Positions 28,267 through 37,190 of a DNA stretch of 53,773 nt are shown here, piece by piece. Origin of the DNA: a virus. Lineage: Duplodnaviria > Caudoviricetes. The notes beneath the pieces were generated by a model, which was not told the DNA's origin, searched no databases, and saw nothing but the letters and a program-made list of their open reading frames with translations. The DNA lies in the IMG/VR virus record IMGVR_UViG_3300027985_000172, positions 1 through 53,773 of that record. One strand, given 5' to 3'. The translations under genes and the position numbers were made by a program. Position 1 is the stretch's first letter, and each line of letters opens with the position of its first letter.

Positions 28267-29234
28267 TTATCTTTGGCCTTAAACCATTTGAAAAACTCAT
28301 ATTCATCTTCTGTCATTTTACCTGCTTCAATAGCAATTTGGCAGTGCGGATCATATCCGGGGGTATTCATACCCTCTACAAACCCACTATCAAGCTCATA
28401 GATCAGGTGACGTTTGGTCATGTCCTCTAGGGAGCTTACATCAGAACCACAGAAGACCATTCCATCTTGGGGGACGATACAACCTCTGATCTCCTCTCCC
28501 CAAGGGACGCTAGAAATTGCCTTTGGCAGGTTAACAATAGGAACCCTATGTTTTAAACGAAGGGTATTGGTAAGTCCACCAGCGGATGCCACAACATTAC
28601 CATCTTCATCGGAGTGTTCAAGGAAAGACTTAAAAATAGCCATCCTGTGTTTAGCTACAGCAAGCCCCTCAAGTGCAGATAACTCAGGGGCTTTCTTAAC
28701 AAGCTTGACTACACTGTCAGTAAGTTCCCCTTTACGCGGGTCATTCTGTCCGTAGTAGTATAGTTGAGGAATCTTCTTTTCTTCCCCAGTTTCCTTATCA
28801 CGAACAAACTTAAATGTGCATGGTTGCCACCCAAGACCAAATAACCAATCTTTTAATTGGATGTTCGAGTTAGGATTCCCATCTTCATAGCCTACAACCT
28901 CACCAACTGGCCCTACAGACCCTTCAGGAAGCCCTAGACGTGACAGGGTGGAGAACCACTTAGCCCCATGACTAGAGAGGCTACCATCTTTCTTATAGCA
29001 CACCTTAGGCTTGTTGTAATAAGCCATCTGTGGAACCTTTGGCATTGCCTGCCTAAGCTCTTCTCGTTTAGTTTCTACAATTAGGGATAGTTCGTCATAG
29101 TGCTTCTTGGCTTTCTCTCGGTCAATCTTTAGTGGATTAGCTTCTTGTTCTTGTAGGCACGACATCTTGAAAGAAAGATAACGAATGAAACGTAAGATTT
29201 CATTACTTAAAGTTTGTTCTTGCATATTCTCCAT
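28263..29234 (-). CDS. DNA polymerase A fragment 2 (thumb, motif A)
   Basis: NPNS..QLKDWLF..GW.P, TNTLRLKH, VNLP, GSDVSSLED (motif A), DPH; start inside the HNH gene after GAGG. Confidence 0.9.
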   Translation of the reverse strand: MENMQEQTLSNEILRFIRYLSFKMSCLQEQEANPLKIDREKAKKHYDELSLIVETKREELRQAMPKVPQMAYYNKPKVCYKKDGSLSSHGAKWFSTLSRLGLPEGSVGPVGEVVGYEDGNPNSNIQLKDWLFGLGWQPCTFKFVRDKETGEEKKIPQLYYYGQNDPRKGELTDSVVKLVKKAPELSALEGLAVAKHRMAIFKSFLEHSDEDGNVVASAGGLTNTLRLKHRVPIVNLPKAISSVPWGEEIRGCIVPQDGMVFCGSDVSSLEDMTKRHLIYELDSGFVEGMNTPGYDPHCQIAIEAGKMTEDEYEFFKWFKAKDK

Positions 29235-29712
29235 GTAGTATCCTCGCTGCACAATCATATGCTTTAGCCGCTGCTATTTCGTCAACATACATTCCAAGAT
29301 ATAATTTCTTGCCATCAAGACCGTTTATAGAAACTCTCCATTTAGAGTCCCTCTTAAACCAACAGATACCTTTGTAATGTGAGCTTGTTTTTCTTGGTTT
29401 TCTGTTCCATGTATTTTGCTTATGTGTAACTTCCCTTAGATTAGAGATTCTATTATCTAGTCTATCCCCATTAATATGGTCAATCTGTCCAGTATGCCAA
29501 CGCCCATTCTTAATTGCAAAAGCTACTGCATGAGCTTTAATATGAATACCACCAACAGAACCTTTATAATAACCGTCTCCACTATATGTTTTAAAGCATT
29601 CCCGACCCTTAACAGCGCCCCCACGTAAATTCTTCTTCCAATAAAACTTACCAGTGTTTGGATCGTAGTCTACAACAGATTTAACATAATCTATATCGGG
29701 TTTATCTGCCAT
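29203..29712 (-). mobile_element. Free-standing HNH-AP2 homing endonuclease gene interrupting polA
   Basis: YDPNTG, IDHINGDRLDNRISNLR, YKGI.W and YLG...DE..AAKAYD motifs; overlaps both polymerase fragments. Confidence 0.9.
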
Positions 29713-30160
29713 AGATTTCCCCCAATCGTTCTTTCTGCTTTTCCCAAAGCAACCAGTTAATCTTCACGTCCCGAAGAACCCGCTCACGCATAAGCTCTAC
29801 GTTACCTTCAGCCCATTCCTCTTTATTCACCTTCACTTTAGGAAAACCAAAAGAAACACCCCAACTCTCTAGACCATGCTCATTACGTTCAGGAAACAAA
29901 TACCAAGACAATGCCAAAGAGTCAACGAATTTGCTGTAAGGTAGGTTTAGACCAAGAATGCGCTCGAAGACAACTTTATCATGGCGAATATTATTGTGGC
30001 ACACAAACAAAGTGTCTTCTTGCGTAAGAACCTTTCGCATCTCATCATAGTCTGTGGTGAACCCGTAGTTCTCCCCGTCTTCTGTCCAACCAAGGTTCCA
30101 CAACTTTGTGCAGGAATAGGCTAGATTGTCACTTTCGGAGTCCAACACTAGGAATTTCAT
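29702..30160 (-). CDS. DNA polymerase A fragment 1 (3'-5' exonuclease domain)
   Basis: ExoI LDSESD, ExoII HNNIRHD, HGLESWG, ExoIII RVLRDV. Confidence 0.85.
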   Translation of the reverse strand: MKFLVLDSESDNLAYSCTKLWNLGWTEDGENYGFTTDYDEMRKVLTQEDTLFVCHNNIRHDKVVFERILGLNLPYSKFVDSLALSWYLFPERNEHGLESWGVSFGFPKVKVNKEEWAEGNVELMRERVLRDVKINWLLWEKQKERLGEIYGR

Positions 30161-30161
30161 T

Positions 30162-30347
30162 TTAATTTCCCTTCCAAATATCCTTAATGTATTGGTATAA
30201 ATCTTTTACTGAATGGTAAAAACCTTCAAGACCAAGCATAAGTGCAAGCACGATAATTAGTGGTGTTGCAAGAATAACCCTAACCTTTTGAGGGATATAC
30301 TTACGGAACATCTTCCAATACTTACCATTGTAATTCACCGCAATCAA
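30162..30347 (-). CDS. Small membrane protein
   Basis: One TM helix. Confidence 0.45.
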   Translation of the reverse strand: MIAVNYNGKYWKMFRKYIPQKVRVILATPLIIVLALMLGLEGFYHSVKDLYQYIKDIWKGN

Positions 30348-30360
30348 TCCTCTTCATCAA

Positions 30361-30561
30361 TTAATCCACAAACTCAGCAGTTGCCTCGGTATTACGGGAA
30401 TCCTCATACCCTTGCCAATAAGCGTTCTTCCACACAAACTGTGCAAATTCTTTTAACTTATACTCTGCAAGGTTATTTTCCCAATCTTCTAGGAAGTCAA
30501 AGGCGTCAAACTTACCTTTAATGTTATTCTCGTAGAAACTATCAAAGTTATTCATCATCAA
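30361..30561 (-). CDS. Hypothetical protein
   Basis: GAGG RBS; acidic/aromatic ORF. Confidence 0.55.
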   Translation of the reverse strand: MMMNNFDSFYENNIKGKFDAFDFLEDWENNLAEYKLKEFAQFVWKNAYWQGYEDSRNTEATAEFVD

Positions 30562-30596
30562 TTTCCTCTACAACCATAAGCCAGGCAACGATGCCA

Positions 30597-33122
30597 TCAA
30601 AAGTCTTGTCTCTCCACCTTAGGCTCCTTCGGACCTTGTTTCTCACTCAAGATAGTTGTCTCTGCATCATAAGTCAAGGCCCCCGCTGCGCCAGTAGAAC
30701 CAAAGGGGCGGTTCTTCGTAATCGTAAGATATGCTGTGTTACGCTCTTCCATATCCTCAGCAAAACGGTCACGCTCAAGCTCAATCAGGACAATTGCCTC
30801 TTCTTCGATACTCTTGGCATATTTTGTATGTCCTTCCTCATTAACGTGACTGATCGCAATAATACCAACATTCTTACGCTTAGCTAGTTCAGTAAGTTTA
30901 ACGCCAAGAGATGTTAGGTTTGATGTAGCTGCATCTGTTCCTGATAGATAAGCAAGTCGTTGAAGGTGGTCAATCCAAATGTAATCTGCACCATATACTG
31001 CAATAGCATGGTTACACTGACGAAGTGTATCTTCAATAGGGTCTTGCGGGTTAATGTCGAAAGACACAAACCTTTCTTCACCAATAACCTCTTTTAGAGC
31101 TTCCTTCACTTCCTCTTCAGAAACACCATTCCACTCAGCATCCTCCTTGGTCATTACGTTCTTCCCAAGTTGGTAGGAAGCCATAGCCCTTCCTGTAATA
31201 CTCTTTACCTCTTCCATCATAAGGCAAGCTACAGTGAGGTTTTCCTTGGTTACAATGTGGTGTTGCAGGCAGCGTAGCAATGAACTTTTACCACTTCCCG
31301 GTGGGGCCTTAATTACCGTGATACCACCTTTCACAAGCCCACGACCAACCTTGTTGAAGTCTGCGAATGGTGTTGGAACATACTCATAAGGGTCTTCTTC
31401 CTCAAGAGCAGTCATCCAGTCATCCACAGAAGCGGTGAAGCCAGCGGGTGAATACTTCTTAGCCTTCCACCAAGCACTCTTGTATGCTGCACCATCACCA
31501 GCTTGCAGGAAATCATTGGCGTCCTTATGCTGCCCATGATCCATGACATAGATTTTACCGGGGAATAGATCAAACATAGTCTCAAGGACTTTTTGACCCG
31601 GTTCATCTTTATCTGCACTAACTACAATCTTCTCAAATGAGTCTAGATAGGTTTTGCATTTCTCCCACAGTTTACCAGAAGGGTTTGCCCCCGGAAGGCC
31701 AACAACAGGATTTAGGTAGCTACTCTTTAGCATCTGATGTGCAGACATTGCGTCACAGTTCCCTGACACTGATACTGATCCGTTTTGCCGGACAAGAATC
31801 ATACCAGAAGGCACTTGGACACACATCACACGACCATTAAACGGGACTTTTTTGTAACCCTTCTGTGTTGATGAAGAAGTCTTACTAAAGAGGATAGAAA
31901 CCTTAAGCCACTCACCATATTGATTACTGCGATTCATAATTGTTGAGACATAGCCACACGAATGAGCTAGTGCCTGAACAACGTCCGCATTATGCTTTCT
32001 ATTTGTTGAGAACTCTGCTTGATTTCGCCCCTTTACATAGTTGCCATCCCAGAAGATAATCTCGTCAAGAATTTCTTTCTTATGCTGTGACCACACCATA
32101 GACCAAGGAAGGTCTTTTTTGGCAAAGTCAAGGTTATGCCCACGGTGGATAAACACAGATGTATAACCATTCTTAACCTTATTAGCAGAGAATCTTACGC
32201 CATAATTGGAAAGAAGTTGTTTTACACGGTCAATTTTACGTTGTTTCTTGAAAGCACCATAAATGTCACCACTCTTCCTAAATGTAAAATCTGCGGATAG
32301 CATAACCCACAGTTGTAGTTGTTCAATAGTATACCCACACCAACCTTGAAGATCAGCAACACGTGGGATGCTGAAGAAAGAATTGACCTCAGCTTTGAAC
32401 TTCTTTAGACCCTCTTTTGGGTGATTTCTTACTAGGTTGTGTTCTGGTGTAGTCAGCGAGTAGTAAGAACCAGACTTATACTCGACAAGATCGCCAGAGA
32501 ATTGCTTATCAATAATAGCATCTGGAACAACCCAACTCCCTGTCCCATCACTATTGACTTGCATCACACGATCTTCTGCGTAAAGTTGGTTAAACTGCTT
32601 CCAACCATTCGGTGTTAGGATTTCTGCCGTTTCTGGAAAACACTCCCCCTCTGTGATAGTTAGAACCTTAGCACAACCAGCAGGGAACAAGTTCATCCCA
32701 AACAGTTCATCTCCCTTAAAGCCATTCCCCGAGTAGAAAGCCTTGTGGGCAGTGTTGCGAGTCTTAGTCCCTCCTGATGGATAGACATACCGTTGCTCAT
32801 CACCATACTGGTAGACACCAAAGAACTCTAGTGTCTCCTTGGTAATCCCCCTCATAGGGACAATATGCCCTTCCTTCGTAGAGCCACTTTCTAGCGTCAT
32901 ACAGGTGTCCTCTTCATCTTCTGCTACCAACCCACCATCATATACTAGGAAGGGCTTCTGTGCCTTGCTGTGGCGTCCCCAGAGGCGTCCTTTGTCGTCT
33001 TCCCATGTGGAGAGGCCACAAGATTTGCATTCCCCAACTCTTTTTACAGTATTAAAGTAGTAAGAATCACTACCGCGAGTAGAACTGTTGTGTGCTGGGC
33101 ATTGACCTTTATGTTCAGTCAT
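30597..33122 (-). CDS. T7-like primase-helicase (Zn finger, TOPRIM, DnaB-like helicase) with intein
   Basis: CPAH...CKSC, LFG, ITEGE, D.DEPG, KDANDFL, APPGSGKSS, WIDHL and KNRPFG motifs; likely start MTEHKG at 33122. Confidence 0.92.
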   Translation of the reverse strand: MTEHKGQCPAHNSSTRGSDSYYFNTVKRVGECKSCGLSTWEDDKGRLWGRHSKAQKPFLVYDGGLVAEDEEDTCMTLESGSTKEGHIVPMRGITKETLEFFGVYQYGDEQRYVYPSGGTKTRNTAHKAFYSGNGFKGDELFGMNLFPAGCAKVLTITEGECFPETAEILTPNGWKQFNQLYAEDRVMQVNSDGTGSWVVPDAIIDKQFSGDLVEYKSGSYYSLTTPEHNLVRNHPKEGLKKFKAEVNSFFSIPRVADLQGWCGYTIEQLQLWVMLSADFTFRKSGDIYGAFKKQRKIDRVKQLLSNYGVRFSANKVKNGYTSVFIHRGHNLDFAKKDLPWSMVWSQHKKEILDEIIFWDGNYVKGRNQAEFSTNRKHNADVVQALAHSCGYVSTIMNRSNQYGEWLKVSILFSKTSSSTQKGYKKVPFNGRVMCVQVPSGMILVRQNGSVSVSGNCDAMSAHQMLKSSYLNPVVGLPGANPSGKLWEKCKTYLDSFEKIVVSADKDEPGQKVLETMFDLFPGKIYVMDHGQHKDANDFLQAGDGAAYKSAWWKAKKYSPAGFTASVDDWMTALEEEDPYEYVPTPFADFNKVGRGLVKGGITVIKAPPGSGKSSLLRCLQHHIVTKENLTVACLMMEEVKSITGRAMASYQLGKNVMTKEDAEWNGVSEEEVKEALKEVIGEERFVSFDINPQDPIEDTLRQCNHAIAVYGADYIWIDHLQRLAYLSGTDAATSNLTSLGVKLTELAKRKNVGIIAISHVNEEGHTKYAKSIEEEAIVLIELERDRFAEDMEERNTAYLTITKNRPFGSTGAAGALTYDAETTILSEKQGPKEPKVERQDF
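31758..32642 (-). mobile_element. Intein (295 aa) with LAGLIDADG-type endonuclease core
   Basis: ITEGE|CFPETAEILT.NGW ... LTTPEH ... VMCVQVPSG.ILVRQNG.VSVSGN|CDAMS; removing it restores TEGECDAMS. Confidence 0.92.
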
Positions 33123-33426
33123 TATAAGTAATCTCTTTGTGGGTAAACCCGTATTTGGAAAGTGTGGAGCTAATTCGCTCACTTACAACACCCGGAGGGG
33201 ATTCGCAATACCAATCCAGATAACAACCTTCACCACGAAGGCCAGCAATAAATCTGCCAGCCGACCTGAAAGTGAACTCAAAGATACCAATAGCAGGCTT
33301 ACCATCCGCATCAAACCAATCGGTATTTGTGAGTGCTGACCAAAGTTCCTTACAGAAATACCTGTCTGTCTTAATTAAGTCTAGAAACTCAATCTTAATA
33401 GCATCTTTAAAATAAATTTCACTCAT
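33115..33426 (-). CDS. Hypothetical protein
   Basis: LWSALTN.DW...FRSAG..IA.LR..G.YLDWYC is a recurrent phage-protein pattern. Confidence 0.65.
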   Translation of the reverse strand: MSEIYFKDAIKIEFLDLIKTDRYFCKELWSALTNTDWFDADGKPAIGIFEFTFRSAGRFIAGLRGEGCYLDWYCESPPGVVSERISSTLSKYGFTHKEITYND

Positions 33427-33769
33427 TTACCGTGCCATACTTTCGGATTAGATTGTCAATATATCCAAGTTTCTTCTTATAGTAAGGCTCAAAGAACCCA
33501 TAAACTTTGCATCGAACACCCTCTGGTTGACCAACCCAACACTCGTCATTCCAAGTGTTATAAAGCTCACAGAAATCCTGCACAACTTCCTCACGAGTGA
33601 CAAGATCACCTGACACTACAGCATTAAGAATAGTGGCAATACAATGGTCAATATAGTCCACTGTCTCTGATTCCTCATATACTGACATATCACTACCAAC
33701 CCAAGGGTCATCTTCTGGTGTTACTTTCTTGATGTATTCTGCAGCTTCTTCTAGTGTAATTTCACTCAT
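33419..33769 (-). CDS. Hypothetical protein
   Basis: Coupled ORF. Confidence 0.6.
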   Translation of the reverse strand: MSEITLEEAAEYIKKVTPEDDPWVGSDMSVYEESETVDYIDHCIATILNAVVSGDLVTREEVVQDFCELYNTWNDECWVGQPEGVRCKVYGFFEPYYKKKLGYIDNLIRKYGTVNE

Positions 33770-33933
33770 TCTTCCTCGCTCAGATCAACAGCTTCAATGA
33801 AAGCTCTAGGGAAAATCTCATTCACCCATTCATTGTAAGTATCCATTAGTTCTTTAGCTACAGCACCACTCTCTGCAACACCATTATGGTAAAGAACAGT
33901 CTCGAACATTTCTTCTAGTGTTTTATCCCTCAT
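33766..33933 (-). CDS. Small hypothetical protein (MRDKTLEEMFETV...)
   Basis: ATGA overlaps at both ends. Confidence 0.55.
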   Translation of the reverse strand: MRDKTLEEMFETVLYHNGVAESGAVAKELMDTYNEWVNEIFPRAFIEAVDLSEEE

Positions 33934-34196
33934 TTAATCTCTCCGTGGTATTCATCATCATGACAACTAACAAAAGGTTGCTCACCATCAACAAGCACTT
34001 CTACACCAATCTTCTTTAGTGCCATGAATAGAAGGTCTGTATCGCTGTAGCTAGTCCCATTATAGCAGTGTGCATAAGGTTCACGCTCTAAAATGAGAGC
34101 ACCATCAATGAACACCTGCCCACCTTCAGAATAGGAAGTGCCACAAGTCTCACACTCATGCGTGTCGTAGCAAGTCTTAATCTCGACCTTTTTCAC
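33930..34196 (-). CDS. Cys/His metal-binding protein
   Basis: CETCGTSYSEG, AHCY. Confidence 0.6.
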   Translation of the reverse strand: MKKVEIKTCYDTHECETCGTSYSEGGQVFIDGALILEREPYAHCYNGTSYSDTDLLFMALKKIGVEVLVDGEQPFVSCHDDEYHGEIK

Positions 34197-34375
34197 TTCT
34201 TCTTTCCTTTAGCCCAAGGTTTCCTGAATTTATCTCTCTTACATAAAGAGTAGTATCTATTTTCTTCCAATCTGCTACCAAGTCTCATATGCTTCTTGAA
34301 ACTGTAAAGTCTTGTTTGACCTGCAAACCAGAACAAATAGTCATTATAAGCATTTCTAAGTTTCATTCCTGCCAC
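34193..34375 (-). CDS. Small basic protein
   Basis: First ORF after the AT-rich element. Confidence 0.45.
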   Translation of the reverse strand: MAGMKLRNAYNDYLFWFAGQTRLYSFKKHMRLGSRLEENRYYSLCKRDKFRKPWAKGKKK

Positions 34376-34600
34376 CTATATATCTTAAGAAGGTATATCT
34401 CCATGAGAACCTAATAAGATACTAATGACTACATTCTAATGTTATACTCATTAGTTACTCTTAAGTAATATTATACATACTAGTATATTAAATCTCTTAA
34501 GAATGTTTCTTAAGGAGGATTCTTAAGAGGGTTACATAAGTATACTATGGGAGGATTTCGGATTCTTATTCCACACCACATGCAGAAAGTTGCTAAGTGT
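34376..34600 (-). promoter_or_regulatory. AT-rich element with CTTAAG iterons (origin or phage promoter candidate), copy A
   Basis: CTTAAG at 34384, 34460, 34496, 34509, 34522; inverted homology to 46261-46620. Confidence 0.5.
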
Positions 34601-34643
34601 TGCAGGTATGATACAGGAATCTGCTATAGGGGTAGTATGATAC

Positions 34644-34826
34644 CTATTCTCCCCGTTGCTTGAGTTCATCAATGAGGGCTTCAGCGTAGTCACAAGCAGC
34701 CATAGCTGCAAACTTAGTTGCAGGATAACCAGCATCTCGTGCTGCCTTAGTCACAAGGGCCATGTTCTCTGGGGAAGATATTAGAACAGCCATGAAACGT
34801 GCTGCATATTCAGATTTGTTGTCCAT
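34644..34826 (-). CDS. Hypothetical protein
   Basis: AARFMA.L...A..ACDYAEALI.EL is a recurrent phage-protein pattern. Confidence 0.6.
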   Translation of the reverse strand: MDNKSEYAARFMAVLISSPENMALVTKAARDAGYPATKFAAMAACDYAEALIDELKQRGE

Positions 34827-34847
34827 ACTAGAAGTGATCCTGTTGAA

Positions 34848-35084
34848 TTAGTCTTGCCCCTCTAGTGGAACACGAGTGTTCCAAGATACAATAGTATTAT
34901 ACATAGACACCAGTTCAGCATCTGTGTTATCCGCCCAGTGTAGGTATTCACCACGGGTTGATGCACTACAGTTTTGACAGGACACTTGCCCATACCGCTC
35001 GTGGTCATCCTCTCGGCATACCGTAGCTGTTGCTTTACTGCTGCAGAAAGGGCAAGGCTTTAGGTAGTCACCGAAGTCAGTCAC
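34848..35084 (-). CDS. Lar-family restriction-alleviation-like zinc-ribbon protein
   Basis: GTG start after GGAGAG; LKPCPFC...V.CQNC.AS...WNTR. Confidence 0.7.
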   Translation of the reverse strand: MTDFGDYLKPCPFCSSKATATVCREDDHERYGQVSCQNCSASTRGEYLHWADNTDAELVSMYNTIVSWNTRVPLEGQD

Positions 35085-35142
35085 TTTAGTCTCTCCCACT
35101 TTGTGTAGCAGGTGTGGATGAGCGGAGGCATGACACGCACTT

Positions 35143-35445
35143 TCAATAGTTATGGAGGCCACTATCGCCCCATTTATCATCATCAGTTTCCCCAAGGTCA
35201 TCCATGATCGCATCATGTTCATCCAACTGGTCCCAGAATTCTTGGTCCTTGCGGGCGCGCTCGTATCTATTGAAGTCTCGCCACACGGCACGGGTTTCCT
35301 TTGATGCAGGCAACCTTCCCTGATGCTTCGCTTTACATGACTTCGAGCAAAACTTGCCCCACCCACGCTTTACATCTGCGGTTCTGGCTTGGAACTCCTT
35401 GTGGCATTTTTTGTTTGCGCAAATTACTGTGGTCATACTTGCCAT
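35143..35445 (-). CDS. Zinc-finger protein in a GC-richer cassette
   Basis: C...KC.KEF.AR.ADVKRGWGKFCSKSCKA; GGAGG RBS. Confidence 0.65.
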   Translation of the reverse strand: MASMTTVICANKKCHKEFQARTADVKRGWGKFCSKSCKAKHQGRLPASKETRAVWRDFNRYERARKDQEFWDQLDEHDAIMDDLGETDDDKWGDSGLHNY

Positions 35446-35509
35446 AAATTTCCTCCAATCGTGTATAGGCATGTTATAAAGTCTTTTAGGTCTTCGCTAT
35501 AGTTAGTCA

Positions 35510-35704
35510 TCAGAAGTGTTCCTCATGCTTGTTCCACCAGTCAAAAGATTCCTTACAATGCTGCTTACCGAAGATAACTACCCAAAATGACCAGAACAAG
35601 GACTTCCCTTGCAGTCTGTAGGCCCTTGAGCAGAGAGATTCATGTAGGTCATTCTTGTAGAGAATCTTGTGTATCATTGATAATATACGCCATGTTTCAC
35701 TCAT
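35510..35704 (-). CDS. Hypothetical protein
   Basis: ESLCSRAYR...HC..S pattern. Confidence 0.55.
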   Translation of the reverse strand: MSETWRILSMIHKILYKNDLHESLCSRAYRLQGKSLFWSFWVVIFGKQHCKESFDWWNKHEEHF

Positions 35705-36019
35705 CTAGTCACCAACAGAAATGTTACGATATTGCCAATGTTGTGGCCTGATGGTATATAGTTTATCCTTCACCTCAAGTAATTTCCTATCCGGTGATTT
35801 AGTAAGTTCTTTAAATAGAAATGTATGGTAGTAAGCCCCAACATACTCATGTAGACCACAAGATGGGCATAGGCGTTCATAACCATATTCGTCATTACAG
35901 TAGATAACACTGTGGTTACAAGCAGCGATTCTTGCCAGTTTTGTCTCCTCTAGTTCTACCTCAAGAAGGTCAATTTTGGTTTGAATTTCTGTTAGCTTGT
36001 CTGTAAAAGATAGACTCAT
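35705..36019 (-). CDS. Coiled-coil plus zinc-finger protein
   Basis: CNH...CPSCG. Confidence 0.55.
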   Translation of the reverse strand: MSLSFTDKLTEIQTKIDLLEVELEETKLARIAACNHSVIYCNDEYGYERLCPSCGLHEYVGAYYHTFLFKELTKSPDRKLLEVKDKLYTIRPQHWQYRNISVGD

Positions 36020-36179
36020 GTGAAGAAAACCACCCAAAAGTAGATAACCCCAAACAAAGAGGCCAACAAAACAGTTGATCCTTTGGTATTAATCCCCCCC
36101 TTAACCTCTACACCTACAACAAGCATAAGGGTAAGAACGATGTGACAGAAAATTCCGATAGTGATTACAATAGGTGTCA

Positions 36180-36527
36180 TTATTTATTTCCAAATGCTTT
36201 ATTGTGAGAACCCATAAGTTTTTCATAAATAAAGTTCTCAACAGCCTCACGAAGACGCTTGCGTGTTTTCACCTTTGGCAAGCCACTACCACCACCATAC
36301 AGAGAGCCATATGCGTAAGGCCAGTTCTCAATCCACACTTCAACATCACCAATCTTGCAGGTAAAATAACCAACTGACGTAACACCTACAGTGTCAAGTA
36401 GATGGTTTAGGTGTTTGTCCCACACATCACTAGTTTTAGTGTTCTGAGTCCAATAAATAGGAAGAAGTCTGTAGAAGTCCACTGTTAGTTTCCTTTTTAT
36501 TCCTAGGAGGCTTTCATGCTTTCTCAA
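36180..36527 (-). CDS. Hypothetical protein
   Basis: WD..LN.LLD...VWIENWPYAYG...LP...TR. Confidence 0.6.
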   Translation of the reverse strand: MRKHESLLGIKRKLTVDFYRLLPIYWTQNTKTSDVWDKHLNHLLDTVGVTSVGYFTCKIGDVEVWIENWPYAYGSLYGGGSGLPKVKTRKRLREAVENFIYEKLMGSHNKAFGNK

Positions 36528-36798
36528 GGTAATCTATAATGTCTTGCTTGTTGTGTGTTTCAATCACTGTAGTATATACCTTACGAACCCTAAACATTCC
36601 GTAATCAAAATTACCTTTAATACCCCAACTGGTATACTTAATTTTACCAGACTTAAGCCATTCAGCAGTTAGCGTCTTAGCCTCTTCATCTGAATAAACC
36701 TCGATACTTTCTTTCGTCCCATCCCAATATCCCATACCACCACCATCACACCAACCCGTTTCTACGTAGATATGTTCTTCCATAAGTTTCATTTTCAT
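36514..36798 (-). CDS. Hypothetical protein
   Basis: Coupled ORF. Confidence 0.55.
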   Translation of the reverse strand: MKMKLMEEHIYVETGWCDGGGMGYWDGTKESIEVYSDEEAKTLTAEWLKSGKIKYTSWGIKGNFDYGMFRVRKVYTTVIETHNKQDIIDYLEKA

Positions 36799-37190
36799 TT
36801 AATCACCCAACCTTCTGTTTCACAATAATAGATAGTCTCTTTCAAGGAGAACTCACTAATAGCCCTTGCACAACCAATACAGGGGCAGCTATTCCCATAA
36901 GAACCATCCTTCTTCACCCTTACTACATAAAGAGAACTACGAGAAAGCTCCTTTAGTGTAAGCACCTTCAGAGCACTCTTGATAGCATCCGTTTCAGCAT
37001 GAAGAAAGATGGCTTCTGGGTTCTTACTAAATCTAGCAGCAAAAGGGGAAGACTTATAGGAGTTGACACCAGTGGCTACAAGGTTTCCCTTGTGAATAAC
37101 CCCTGCTGCCAACTTCCATTTCCCTCTAGTCCCTTCGTTGTTCTCTGCCAGTCTAGCAAGATACTTTATAATGGTTTGATTGATATTCAC
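36795..37190 (-). CDS. Cytidine/dCMP deaminase-fold protein
   Basis: HAE and PCIGC zinc-binding motifs. Confidence 0.85.
   Translation of the reverse strand: MNINQTIIKYLARLAENNEGTRGKWKLAAGVIHKGNLVATGVNSYKSSPFAARFSKNPEAIFLHAETDAIKSALKVLTLKELSRSSLYVVRVKKDGSYGNSCPCIGCARAISEFSLKETIYYCETEGWVIK

Noticed and set aside
29203-29712. Group I intron carrying the HNH in polA
   Set aside because: The HNH ORF overlaps both flanking polymerase ORFs and I could not see P/Q/R/S core elements; not excluded computationally
34848-35366. 172-aa ORF as annotated in the track
   Set aside because: Its 5' half overlaps the zinc-finger gene; the credible gene starts at GTG 35084 after a GGAGAG RBS
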